Source of the DNA: Camelus dromedarius
Lineage: Eukaryota
DNA length: 64,000 bases
Assembly (NCBI RefSeq): GCF_036321535.1
Contig: NC_087447.1
Span: forward strand, 12,958,001 to 13,022,000
Direction: 5' to 3'
Part shown: piece by piece, positions 23,183-36,608 of the stretch
How the letters are laid out: the number at the start of each line of letters is the position of its first letter
How positions within the stretch are numbered: the stretch's first letter is position 1
Made by a program: the position numbers and the translations under genes
Notes under the pieces: model-generated
What the model saw: the letters and a program-made list of their open reading frames with translations, nothing else
What the model was told of the DNA's origin: nothing
Database searches by the model: none

Positions 23183-24529
23183 TGGATGTCTGATTAAATA
23201 AGTGATTTCTCCTAAAGTTATATAAATGTTTAAACCTTCTACAGTGATTAAATAAATCAGCGTTATCTCAAATAAGAATGGTAAATATGAACTACTTTAT
23301 ACTTTTACTAGTTTTAGTTCATGATTTTTTAAAACATTTACTATTTAATGTATACAGCAAATGTGTCATATTAGAGGAGCTTCTATATATTTTTGATTCA
23401 ATTAAGTATAATTTATATTTAAAACAAAAATATTAAATAATGATATTAAATTATTTTAAAATACTAAGAACTGGAATAACATGTATTTTTTGTAAGCATG
23501 ATAAATAATGGAGAAAAACTTGATTTTGAGCCGAGATACAGTAACAAGCATTTTTTAATTAATTTTAATCTTGATGATGTTTTAATGTGATTTAATATAA
23601 AATAATCCAGTTACTATAATTACATCTTTTGGGACTACCAGGAACATTTAGTTTAAAGAAAACAAAAATAAATGTTTTAAATGAAAAATGTATAGCATAA
23701 TGAAAGAATTTTCAGTTCAATACTGCTTTTTAAATTAATTTTCAGAGTTTAACTTGCTAATTAATATTCAATGACAAATGTAAGTGAAGTAGGTAGAGTA
23801 GAGATACTGATATGACCAACATAAAAGTAACTTTTTATTGTCACATCTCCCCTTAATCATTTGGATTTTTCCAGGGAACAGAGATTGGAGTTTAAAAATA
23901 GCAGTCTTAGAACATTCAGATTTATCTTCCATGATTAATAAGGATTAAGAAACATTTACAAGATAGAGGTATAATATAGATAATTTTGTGAGGGCACACA
24001 GAATAAATATTTACTTTTTCTACTTTGTTCACTATTGAGAATAAGATACGCATATCTTACGTGTTTCAGAGTATACGTGAATAATTTAACTATCAGAAAG
24101 TCGGACTTGTACAGAAAGAAATTATGTTTCCAAGTCGGTATATGCACGTAATAAGAGAGAAATTATGTAAATTAAATCCTGTTGTTCTTAAAAGTGATAA
24201 ATATGACTGGATTAATTGTATTCTCTTCTCCTTTTTAAAAGGGGTGATTTCATTTAAATAGTGCCTACTTCTTCAGTTCATTGCTGGATCGAATACTGTT
24301 TAGCTATGCTGTAATTTTAATAGACCTATACTGATCCATAGTGGAAAGCAGTCACAGCCCTTACCATGACATTATACCTGTGCTAAACTGGTGGACAATG
24401 TTCAGTCCCACCAAGATGGAGAGATAAAGACAGACTGGGGCAAACGTGAGCCAAAAGATTTGTAGGGGATCCAAGAGATGCCTTGGTGAAATAAGGAAGG
24501 GGACACTCACACTAAGATCTCTGAAAGTG

Positions 24530-24614
24530 CAGGGTCAGCCCTGAGCATGACTAGGGGCCTCTTAAATTTTGATGTTCTAGGAACCTCACTCCCCTCACTC
24601 TAGACCTGGCCCTG
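24530..24614. mobile_element. Short hAT-type MITE (MER91-like)
   Basis: Imperfect TIRs cagggtcag / ctggccctg; flanks tgaaagtg and (t)tgaaaggg resemble a decayed 8-bp TSD. Confidence 0.45.
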
Positions 24615-25029
24615 TTGAAAGGGAAGAATGGAAAAAAGTGATTACCAACAGGAGACTCAATGGTCCTTTAAATACAATTGTATTAGTTAATGTGCTTTAA
24701 CACTGATGACTACAAAGAATATATTATAACCGTAATTTTACTATACAACTCTAAATAATGTATAATTAGTTTTATTTGATAGGTGATGATTTTATCAATA
24801 TTACCCCATGCAATTCTCACAAAAGAGGAAGCAACATTTGGAAAGTCTATGTAACTGTTTAATGTCACATGTATAATAAATCAAAGAAATCGGGCACCTG
24901 TTGTTTCTAAAACAAGAAAAGGCACTGACTTCCCATCACAAACCTGTGCGCAATTGGTCAGATTATCCAACTTTAGCAATTTTCAGTATCCTTATCTTTA
25001 AAGAACAGTGAGGTTAGAAAAGGTTACTA

Positions 25030-25342
25030 GACACTAATGAACTCACCTACAAAGCAGAAACAGACTCACAGGCATAGTAAACAATCTTATGGTTTCCAGG
25101 GGAAAAGGGATGGGAAGGTATAAATTTGGGAGTTTGAAATTTACAGATGTTGATCACTTTATATAAAAATAGACAAAAAACAAATTTCTTCTGTATAGCA
25201 CAGGGAACTATATTCAATATCTTGCAATAACCTTTAATGAAAAAGAATGTCAAAATGAATATATGTAAGTGTATGCAAACTGGGACATTATGCTCTGCAC
25301 CAGAGATTGACACATTGCAACTGACTATACTTTAATTAAAGA
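25030..25342 (+). mobile_element. 5'-truncated L1 3'UTR (camelid type)
   Basis: aaagcagaaacagactcacaggcatagtaaacaatcttatgg...gagattgacacattgcaactgactatac; TSD aaaaggttacta (25018-25029) / aaaatgttacta (25343-25354). Confidence 0.88.
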
Positions 25343-26164
25343 AAAATGTTACTAAGGAATTGTTTTTTGAGGATCAACAAAGATAGTGGTGGTGCACAGA
25401 GCACAAAGGGTAAAACTAAAAGCTGGCATCTTTTGTCCCTCTGCACCGCCACCCCCCATACACACAGAGGAAATGAACACCCTCCAGTCTGTCCCTATTT
25501 TCCCAGGGTTGACCCAGTTTAATTTTTCTATCTTCGTTAATGTTCTCAAGTTTATTTTTCTGAATAAAACCCTCTTATGCTTTCCACTTAGTGTCCTACC
25601 AAAAGATATTTAATTCTCATGGACAATAACCTTTCTAAAAAATATTTTAACTATCTAATAGTATGAACTGAAAAATAGATACATTTGTGTTTAAGATCAA
25701 CTGATGAGAGAGGAATGAGGATTGAAAAAGGAAGCTGAATATGAGTGAGAAAAGACATTTTCTGATACAGGGCTGCTGAATGGGAAATGCACAGAGAAGC
25801 ACAACAGGATTGCCAAGAAGTTCAGTTAACTAAATGCAAGATCATAGGGCAAAGCTCTGGGTCTTCTTCACAGCTGCCGATGACGTTCCAGTGGCTGTGC
25901 TGAGTAGAGTATACTTTGTTTATCATGAACTTTATTCAAAAAGTATATGGGATGGCTCTAAAGGAACCTAAAATGGAGCTTTTACACTGATAATCAGTAG
26001 GGTCTAAACTGGGAAAGTGAGAAATACATAAATGGAATCATTCTTAAACTAGAAACAATTGCAGTGGTCATGAAAGCCAGTCTGGACATCTGTGACAATC
26101 CGAAGAATGAGCAATGTCGGGAAGGAACAGTGAAAAGCGCATGGTGCATTTCATCTTTCCACAG

Positions 26165-26453
26165 ATGCAACACCAGGGAAAAGCACCAGCAGAAAATCTA
26201 ACACATGGACTGACTTTCTTTTCTTGGAGTTTTGCTGACGCTCCTCATCTCCAGTGTTTTCTATTGGGGTTGTTCTTAGTCATCTGTATCATTACCCTAA
26301 CAGGCAATAGCACCATAATTCTAATGACAAAGTGGGTCCTGATGGCCAGATCCCCATGGAGTCTTTCCTTGGCAGTTTTCCTTCTTTAAAATGGCTATGG
26401 ATTCCATTACACTTGTCACAATGCTCGTGAATCTTAGGGGTCAAAGGGATCTT
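26165..26453 (+). pseudogene. OR10AG-type pseudogene fragment (N-terminus, TM1, frameshifted TM2), truncated
   Basis: ccacag|ATG, ENLT sequon, LQCFLLGLFLVICIITLTGNSTIILMTK; a shifted frame gives QIPMESFLGSF ([12 protein letters not shown]-like) and TMLVNLRGQ; ends at a poly-T followed by MIR-like sequence. Confidence 0.8.
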
Positions 26454-27662
26454 TTTTTTTTTTTTAGTTTAGTCATGTAAAGCTCTGAGCCATGGTGTCT
26501 TCATCTGTGACAGAAAATAAGGACATTAACAGAATTCAAGAATATGTTATTGCAAACACTTTACTAACAAAATGGTAGCTCAGTTAAAATCATTTTTCTT
26601 TTCCATTTTCCCAGATACTATTTAAAGCCATAATATGCTAGTCACCTTTTAAAAAAAAAATCCTGTATTGTCTAAGTATATCTCAATATAGGAGAAAGTT
26701 GGGTCTCTGTAGTTTTCAGTAATTAATCACCTAAAATATATTTGCTCACATACACTCTAGTTAAAATAATATATCCTCTGCTTTTGATATGTTTGACAAT
26801 TGTCTATTTCCCACCTTTTAAATAAGTTATAGTTTTCAACTTTGATTTTAGCTTATTATGTATTATTATATATTTTGGCTTAGATGTAATATTAAAATGA
26901 TAATTTTGAAATAAAAATGATCAATGACACATAGCAAGAGATTTGAGAATAGATTTACCAAGCAGCATTTCAGAAATGATACCATCAATGTAATTCGTTC
27001 AATTGCGTCGTTGTTAATTAAACAGCCAACAGATCAAAAGCATTTTTCAAATCTCTGCTGCATGTTTGGATAAGACAAATAAAGATCTTGCATTATGATG
27101 ATTCATGGTCACGATATTTACTTTGATGGGTAAATGCAACCAGAATGGTCTCAAATAAAGTGTATGCAGAAACAGTAAGAGCTGCAGCTGCACATGGGGA
27201 AGGGAGGGCGTGCCATATTCTTATTCCTTTTCCTTGGAAAGGATCTAGTTGAAGAGTGGGAAAATCCCTAAAAAATACAATACAAAATTTGGTGGTGTCC
27301 TACCCCTGAGAAAAATGGGATGCAAATCCTTCTGTCTCAGGATTCCATTTGTTAATACGAGGAATAAAATGGACTAATTTTGTTCCACACACAAATACAT
27401 GAAACATAAGAATACATAATTCTCAAACATATCATTTTCATTTAAAATCAAACCTAGAAGTAAATATTAACTATGTGGATATATTTAGATTTTAGCATAA
27501 GTTCTTTATTAGATTTCAGTTGTATACTTTGCGTCCAGAATATAAAATACTAAACATGAATGGGAAATAGAAATCTTATGTACTAATTCCCCTAAATCCC
27601 TTTAGTTTATAGAATTATAAAACAGGTTAAAAATATAAAAGACTAATTTTCTATTTTCACAG

Positions 27663-28601
27663 ATGGAACACCTAAAAGACCCAGTGGAAGAAAATTTCAC
27701 TTCAATGGTGGAATTTGTTCTTTTGGGATTTTCTGATATTCCCAATCTGCAAGTATTTCTTTTTGGGATGTTTTTGCTTGTCTATGTGGTAACTCTGTTG
27801 GGAAATGGCATCATTATTCTCATAACCAAGTCTGACCAGGCTCTCCAGACTCCCATGTATTTTTTCCTCAGTAATTTTTCCTTCTTGGAAATCTGTTATG
27901 TATCAGTCACTCTTCCTAGAATGCTCCTAAACCTCTGGACTCAGAGAAGACACATTTCTTTGTTTGCCTGTGCAACACAAATGAGTTTTGTCCTTATGTT
28001 TGGAAACATAGAGTGCCTACTTCTTACCGTGATGGCCTATGACCGCTACGTGGCCATTTGTAACCCCCTGCACTATCCCCTTGTCATGAACCCCAGGGCC
28101 TGTGTCCAGCTGGTGGCGGCCTGCTGGATCACTGGGGTTCCGGTTGAGATAGGGCAGACATGCCAGATTTTCTCTCTGCCCTTTTGTGGATCCAACCAAA
28201 TCAATCACTTCTTCTGTGACATCCCCCCAATACTCAGGCTGGCCTGTGGGGACACTTTTCTGAATGAGATATTGGTCTTCATAGTCGCGGTCCTGTTTGT
28301 TATGACCCCTTTCCTGTTGATACTTGGTTCCTACAGTAAAATCACCTCCACCATCCTGAGGTTGCCATCAGCAATGGGGAGAGCAAAGGCCTTCTCCACC
28401 TGCTCGTCTCATGTCACGGTTGTGACTTTATTCTTTGGATCTGCAGTCATTGCATATTTACGACCCAAATCCAGAAATTCTTCCAATACAGACAAGTTTC
28501 TCTCTCTTTTCTATACCATTGTGACCCCGATGTTTAACCCCCTGATATACACTCTGAGAAATAAGGATGTCTTGATGGCTTTGAGAAAATTGCTTCCTTA
28601 A
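27663..28601 (+). CDS. Olfactory receptor, OR10AG-type, intact 312 aa
   Basis: NFT sequon, [54 protein letters not shown]; acceptor ttttcacag abuts the ATG. Confidence 0.96.
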   Translation: MEHLKDPVEENFTSMVEFVLLGFSDIPNLQVFLFGMFLLVYVVTLLGNGIIILITKSDQALQTPMYFFLSNFSFLEICYVSVTLPRMLLNLWTQRRHISLFACATQMSFVLMFGNIECLLLTVMAYDRYVAICNPLHYPLVMNPRACVQLVAACWITGVPVEIGQTCQIFSLPFCGSNQINHFFCDIPPILRLACGDTFLNEILVFIVAVLFVMTPFLLILGSYSKITSTILRLPSAMGRAKAFSTCSSHVTVVTLFFGSAVIAYLRPKSRNSSNTDKFLSLFYTIVTPMFNPLIYTLRNKDVLMALRKLLP

Positions 28602-29989
28602 TGTTGAATGCATTAGCTGTCTGACTTGAACTCATTTTCTGGTTTCCTATTTAATTCTGCCATTTGTATAATCAGAAATTAAGGTCTAGTTTGCTTTTTC
28701 TACATTACTGTAGATTTCTTATTTTTATTCATTTCAGACCTTATGGTTTTATGCTGCACTTTCTGATATCGAGATTATATCCACAAGGTGTTTTGCTGAT
28801 AAGAAAGTACGTATTTAGCCCATCTCATATTCAGTTCACAAATTTACTGGTGATTTGTGACTTTTTATGGGAAAATGTTGTATTTCATACCTAGGAGTTG
28901 ATGTCATAAACCTTTTCTCCCCCAACACAATAATGAATATTTATGATACATTCCTCTCTATATTACTGTCTTTCTCTTTTTTATTTTTATAATGTTTTTA
29001 GATAATATAGATTGTAAAACTTTAAGAACATTTGCTAAATATTTATGTGCTTATAATTTTAGACATTTAAGCTTTCAGCAAATTCAATTTAATTCTTTAT
29101 GATTTACAGAACACCTAAGTAAAGACTAAAAATAGGAAGTCCACATAGTGATAATTAAAAGTTTTGGATGCAGCAATCAATTTTTTACCCTGTGCTTCTC
29201 TCTGAATTCTTCTTTGTAGATATGCTTTGTCGATAGAGCTAAATCATGGTCCTTACATCTCAATAATTTTTACCTTAAAATTTATTAATGCAAAAAATGT
29301 GAATGTATATTTGCTTTTCAGAGATATAATGTGTATGAGATTGAACTGTTTTGTCCCCATATAGATTCATCCATTCCCTAAATTTTCTTCATTTATTTTT
29401 TATTCTTTTGATGGAGTATATAATTTGAATTAAAATAGAAATGCTTAAGATATACAGTGCATTATTTTCCCAAGTTTCCTAGTATTCATATTTATTTATT
29501 AATATAGTTATAATAAATATTTTAACACAGTGTCTTTAAAAATTGATATCTGGTATAAAAGTAAGAGATTTTACACACAAACACACACACATCTGTGCTC
29601 CACACACCTGCACACATACATGAACACACGTATTGAAAATGATAAATACAAGTCTGATCAATGATATTATTATGGATATCCCAGAGTAAGTTTTTCTGTT
29701 ATTTTTGTCTTTGTTTAACTGAAATTGTCTGTTCAGTACTATGAACCTGTGTTCTCCATGGTTCTCCCATTTATAGTGAATAAAGAACTCCTCCATTTTC
29801 AGCATCACATGCTTATCTAATAAATTCTTCTCATATGCAAGAAACGCATCTCTTAGGAACCGTCATATGTCACCAGGACTTATGGTTAAAAAAGAACACG
29901 GCAGAACAGTCACCTTTGGTAATTCATTAGATCAGAAGCAGAGGTAGCTCTGCTCACCTGCCTAAAGACACACCTTTTTCCAAGCTGGT

Positions 29990-31170
29990 AGGGAAGTGCA
30001 TGGCCACTGTCTACCTGGAAAAGAGAGCAAGAATGTATATTAATAACTCTGATGACAAACCTAAGTAGAAAAATCTGTTCTGGTCAAGAGTACAGAAAAG
30101 AATAAATTAATCACCAAGATTTTTAGGTAATATGCCATTGGACATTTCAAAAAATTAATGGATATGATTGGATACAGGGGAAGACTAGCAGAAGGTGAAA
30201 GATACCAACAGAAATAATTGCAGGAACATTTTCTGCAGAAAATATTGAACACAGACCAGCCAATGAGTGAAATGCAGAGGAAATCACAGTGGGACAGAAT
30301 CATGAGCAGATAAATTGTGAATATTTTAAGCCAGTAATTTTGAGGATGGTTTTTAAGCACAGCACTGGATGACTGATGCAGGGGCTAGCTCTGAGAAGTG
30401 GGGTGCTGTCAAAATAAAAATCTAAAACTCGTGGCCTTGTGACCTGGTTGCAGGAAGAGATGAGAAGAGCTGAAGGTAAACTGTTGGAGGCTAAATAAAT
30501 CACGAACAAGCTGTTAAGTGATGGTGGAAAAGTGGAGACTTTTTCTGCTAAAAGAAGCTGCGTAAATGACTAAGCATTGCTTTATAGTAGCCAAAAGCAT
30601 ACAGACAAACAAAACATGCACATTGATGCCTGCAGGAACCTGGAAGAGATTACATGTTCCTAATGAATTTGTGAATCTGGCTAAGAAAAATTCCAGGAGA
30701 AATTTTTAAGTGTTAATTTAATTATTTTAGAGGGCTCTGACCAGGAATGAAAACAAAATAGATAAACTAAATAGAGGACAGTTTAACTGACCAGCAGAAT
30801 TTAGAGAAAATATAGAAAAGCCAAGACTTGCTGGGTTATCAATAAAAATGTTGCATATCCCCACTCTTTAGGAAAAGGATTAAATCAAGTGTGATTCTGT
30901 GCTGACTCCTCTGAAATCCTTAAGGCAGTGCTATCTCAGATTTAAAAAAAAAAAAGGCTGTCTACCAATTTCCAATATAGTGTCCTACAGCTGCCTCATA
31001 TGTGCAAAGTAAAGAGAATTACATGTTGAAATGATGTATGGAAGTGGCTGTCAGATGTACTAAACCCAAATAAGAATCAGAGGAACCCACAAAGAAAGTT
31101 TAATTCATGGAAGCACCACCACGTGAACTGAAAGAGACTAAGACCATTCAAACCGAGAAGAGGTTTTTTT
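29990..31170 (+). mobile_element. MLT1 LTR plus MaLR internal sequence
   Basis: LTR end tttaagccagtaattttgaggatggtttttaagcacagcactggatgactgatgca (about 30388), then MLT-int motifs (gagaagtggggtgctgtc; gaatctggctaagaaaaattccagg). Confidence 0.65.
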
Positions 31171-31199
31171 CAAAACCCCAAGTGTCTTCAAAACAATCT

Positions 31200-33470
31200 T
31201 AAAACAAAGAAAACAAAATCCATACACAAAACAGCATAATAACTGCAATGATCCATACCCATTAAAAAATGACTAGATATGCCACAAAGCAGGAAAACAT
31301 GATCCACAGCAAGAAAAGAATTCAGTCAATAGAAACAAAACCACCAATAAAAAGGAATAATGGGATTAGTACCCAAGGGCATATATGAAATATTTGTAAC
31401 TCTGAACAATTTCTTAAAGAGAAACATAAGCTCAATAAACAAAGAAATACAAGAAAAAAGAATTTTAATCTTTTGGCGATGATGTATCTAAAACTAAATC
31501 TCTAAGTTTATCTAATATATCTAAAATGTATCTAAAATACCTGAAATCAACATTTTACAGTGAGATTAATATTACAGTAAACACTGCAGGGGAAAGTTTT
31601 AGTACACTTGAAAATAGAAATGGAATCCATTTAAAATAAAGGGAAAACATTTAATAACATAAACAGAACTCTGGAAACTTTCAGGACAGTATCATAAGAG
31701 TTGATGTACACATTATTGGTATCTCAGAAGAAAGGATATGGGGCAGGCTTGAAAAGTATTTGAATCATAACAACCAAACATTAAAAAAAATGATGAAATA
31801 AATCATTTGGGCAGCTAGAAATAAAGAAATGTGACTTACATGGAAAAGAAAAAAAAAGCTAATGAAACTATAAACCCCCAAATTCAATAAAGTCAACAAT
31901 CTGCAAGAAACATAACCATGCAATAGTGTCAATAAAATATATTATAAACAAGTACTAAAAAACAGTGATAAAAAATAGAAATAGCCAGATGAAAAATATA
32001 TTATGACAGTGGAATGGATTTGATTAATGCAGCTTTCAATTTAGAAACTGTTTAGGACAGAGAGAATGGATTACATCTTCAAAGAGCTGGACAAAATAAC
32101 TATCAGTCTCGAATGATTTATCTAATGAGATGATTCTGCAAAACAGAAAGTGAAATTAAAAACTAGGAACTTTTTCACACAAACTGAAGGGAAAGAATAT
32201 ATCAGTAGCAGATTTACAAACAAGAAATATTAAAGGAGTTTTTCAAGTGGAAGAAAACACAGGTGAAAATCAACACAAAGAATGAATCAATCTCAAAATG
32301 AAAATAAGAGAGTTGACATGCACACCATTTTTCATATATTTAAATGTTCTTTAAACAATAAATAGCAATCGAAAGCAAAAAGCAGTGTATCATGGTATTT
32401 ATAAATGAGTAAGAATAAATTGTAAGGCAATAATATAAAACAAAGGATAGGATTGTAGATATAGGAGTATTTCCTTTTCAGGATGTTACATTTTTCATAA
32501 TATGGTATAATTTCTTTAATGATAGTCTGTGGTGGGCAGGGCTTTATATTGTAAACTTTATACCTTCAGCTAAGAAATTAACAAGGAATATTAGATAAAA
32601 ACAAATGGCAGAGGTACAGAAAATGCTAAAAACATGCAAATCATAAAAAAGGCATAATAAGAAGGAAAAACAATGAACAAAAAATGTGTGAGGAAAAAAA
32701 CACAAATAGCAAGGCATTAAATTTAAATCCAGCCATAGTTATAATACCACTATTGAAATATATAGCAACCCAGTTAGTGTACAGCAATGTGACTATAGGT
32801 AATAATATAGTTAATAATACTGTACTGAATGTTTAAAAGCCCCTAACAGAGATCTTAAAAGTTCTCATTACAAGAAAAAATTATGTAAGTTTGGATGGTG
32901 ATGGATGTTAACTAAACACCTAAAAGTAATACAATTCTCTATGTCAAATATATCTCAATTCAAAAAGACAGATATTGACAGTGTGAAAAATCGTCATTTT
33001 TTGATCTCCAATACCAAGCAACAAAAGAATATGCATCCTTTCAAAGGAAACATTTACCAAGATAGACCAACCGCTGGTCCACAGAGATCTCAGTACTTAG
33101 AAATAATATACAGGGTATGTTCTCTGGCTACAATTGAGTTAAATACCAATTTCACTTTCTGGTGTTATATGTGATGAGCATGGAAAGACAAATGTATTTC
33201 TGCGTGTGATGGACATGTTCTCAATCTTGATAGCGTGATGATTTCACTGCTGTGCAAATATGCAAAATTTACTGTAAATACATACTTTTATTATGTTTCA
33301 ATACGTATCAATGAAGTTGTTTAAATTTGTATCAAATTATTGAAATTGAAATACAAAATCTTTTAGTAAATAAAACTAAGAGAATCTATTACTAGCAGAC
33401 TTGCACTACAAGACATAAAAAAATTCATTTTGAATTAACATGATATCAGAGGAAAATTCATATTTTCCAC
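31200..33470 (+). mobile_element. Composite old L1M (ORF1-region) remnants with nested L1MA- and L1MB/MC-type 3' ends
   Basis: aaagcaggaaaacatgatccacagcaagaaaagaattcagtcaatagaaac (L1M 5'); gtacagcaatgtgactataggtaataat...agatcttaaaagttctc (L1MA 3', about 32760-32960). Confidence 0.65.
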
Positions 33471-35009
33471 AAAGAATAAAAAGAAATGATGGTAAAAGTA
33501 CCGTAAACATTAAATACTATGTTCGCCTTTCAATTTCTTTAAAATATATGTCAGTCTTTAAAGCAAGTTTTTTAGCTATGTTTTAAATTTGTAGCTATGG
33601 GTTCTTTGCTGGAAAGCAGTATGTAGGGTATAATGGTAGACAATCTTCCTTCTCCTTTTTCTTTTTTTCAAAGGTACATATATATTCACACTTATGTATG
33701 TATGTATATGCATCACATGTGTAATTGTTTCTTGGAATAGTGTTGTGCTCTATGTAACTTTTATGTTGATAAAATGTTTCTTTAGCTGTAACATTAAAAC
33801 ACTGAAGTTAAGCTTATTTCACTAAGTTATATAATTAGTACAGAGAACACATATGGAAATGGAATAATAGATTTAGAAGATAAAAGGAAGGTGAATGCAT
33901 GGTCAAAGGATAAAGTAGAGTTGGGCAAAATATAAATTGTGAAACAAATAAACTTTTAGAAAGATGATGCAGAAAGTTCAAAGAGAAGGATTGTTGCATT
34001 TTGCCTTAAGAAATCTTACACACAAAAGGTACACATACTTGTGTATATGTCTACATTTTGTGTGTAAGTTGTTTAGGTAGACGGTAACAGGTACATAGAG
34101 TTTGTGTGCTTGTGATGACACATGAACTTTATTTCTAGATGGTTTCACTGAATTAATTATATAATTATTCACTGAACAGTTATACCTAGGAAGATTATGG
34201 TTGCCATATATGTTTATGATGTGCCTTTGAAGGTCATTTTATATATGTATATATATATATATAAATATAATTTCACTATATATGTGTGTGTGTACATATA
34301 TACGATATGCCTTTGAGGGTCATTATTCTGTGACAGCCAAGAGATTTGACAAAACAGTGAGTCAATTAATTACTAACTGCCTCATATGTTGCATTTCCAT
34401 TCTGGAAGTGCACATAAACACTAGCAAACTGTTTCATATCCTAAATCAAGTAAAAAGAAAAGTGCCTCGGGGAAATCTCTGTCCTGTTCTACGCGGGGTC
34501 ACATTTACAATTGTAAGTAAAATCAGATGACTAACTTAATAAGCTACCTGCTTCCCTTCAGTGTGGTAAGGAATGATAGATAACAATGGAAACAATCTTA
34601 GGAAAAAAATAAAATCAGCTCACTAATTAGAAACTGTTTCTAGAAGTTAGAACATCAATTAATGAGAAACAAAAAGAGAAAAAAGATAGAAGGAAACAAG
34701 CGTTCTATGGAGATTCGGTGTAAAGCTAACCGTCCCGTGTCTGCAGTGGCAGCGGGCTCTGGAAGCCCAGGGCAGTAGCAGGTATTTATGAACGCTTATC
34801 TTGAGAAGCCAAGGCAGGGAAATAAGAATGTTGTTATAGAAACTTTCGCATTAATATTGTTTAAATAAAAATAATTTCAATATTAAAATGAGTAGCCTTC
34901 ATTCTATGAGAACCTGGATTTAGCCAAATGTCCCCCTCTCCAGCATTCTTAAATTTTTCAACAAGACTCCTTGGATCCAAGATCATGATTATATGTTTCT
35001 TATATTCCT

Positions 35010-35170
35010 GTGACATAATTAATGAAGGTAGGCATTATTACTACTTTATAGACAGAGAAATTGATACAAAAGAACAGCTGAGATACTCAAGAATCACAGA
35101 TTATAATAAATTAGAAGCAAAAACTAGTTATCTTAATTCCTCAACTAATTCTGTTTCATTACACTGCCAT
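35010..35170 (-). mobile_element. MIR SINE
   Basis: ggtaggcattattactactttatagacagagaaattgatacaaaagaa...tcaagaatcacag. Confidence 0.5.
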
Positions 35171-36608
35171 GTGCTTGCCCAAGAGTTAAGGGACAGGACA
35201 GCACTCCCACAACTATTGTATCTTCAACACCACTGTCGTTGTCACCATGGGGAATGTATTTAACTCTTGATACACACAAAGTAATACAGAGGGTAGATTC
35301 AGATATTTACTATATATGCATAAAAACAAAGATGACACAGACATCATGCTAACCAGGTGTAATGTTAAAATATAAGCCCTTGGAAATAAAAATTCAAACT
35401 CATAAACAAAATGTTACAATTCAAATGTAACCTCTTACAAAGAGACACTAATCTGAAGGGAAAAAATACCTACAAATATAGTTAAACCTATAAAGTGACA
35501 TAATTGTTAGATAAATGATATTGTCCACAGGTATTAATGAAAATTTTAAGAAATAGAGGCTAAGTATCAAACCAAAACAGAATAGTGAGTGTTTAGTACA
35601 GTGTTGATAAATCCCCCAAGACATTTTTCCTATTAGGGTGTTTATGATGTATTAGTTCTTGATTTTATCCATACTATCTGGTAAATTTTCTTATAAATAA
35701 GAGAAAGACAAAATCTGCAAGATTAGTTACATTTATACTGATCTGACTACAGCTTGTAGGCAGGCAGTAGTAGGTTTTCAATGTGTATGTATTACGATTC
35801 GGGATGTCAATAACTGAGTGTGAATCTTCGCTTTAGCTTTTCTTCTTTCCCCTTCTAAATTTCCAATGCATTTCTTTAAGTGTAAAAAAAAAAAAGTCAT
35901 AGTTTTTTTCACTGCAACTTTGTTAATTCAGGTAAGCACTAGACTCTAGGTAGGACTTGCATTTTGGGAATCGGTATGAAGCACAGTAATGAACTTTATT
36001 TAAAGCAGGATGAGAGGGCTATGTCACATGTTTGATGTTCCATTTTCCTAGACTCTGGGAAGAAGTGGAAAGAAAAGATACAAAAGTTCAGCTTCCCTTG
36101 GATACACAGGGGAACATTTTCTTCATTCATACTGAGAAAGTGGGTGCAATCAAAGGTTTTCATTCTGTTTTTTAAGTTATTTTCACAATTAAACACATGA
36201 TTTAAGTTAGTCTTGGGTTCACTCCCTCAGCACATATCTAGTATAAATCTACCATTAAAAGTGAATATTTCACAAATACAAATGAAAATGCCAGTGTAAT
36301 ATTTGCAAATAATTTACCAGTTGTAAAGACAAACTATTTTCTATACATTTTAAAACAAAATTCTAGCAGTTAAAATTGTCTAAAAATTTTAAAGCTGGAT
36401 AAATTTGTAATGTGCTGTGAAAAGGAGGATTTTTCATAAAGAATACAAAGTTAATTTTTTTCATTAAAGATGCAGCCACAAATGACTTCAGGCAAGGAAC
36501 CTAAAATCATAATAATTGTGAATAATCACACTCTCAGTAAATATGGGTAGAGTGAAATTAAATTATATTTTGTGATAGCTTTGAGACAGATTTATTAAAA
36601 AGTGACAT

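Noticed and set aside
25225-25240. AACCTTTAATGA resembling the H-element core
   Set aside because: Lies within an L1 3'UTR and is part of the repeat's sequence; no adjacent O/E site.
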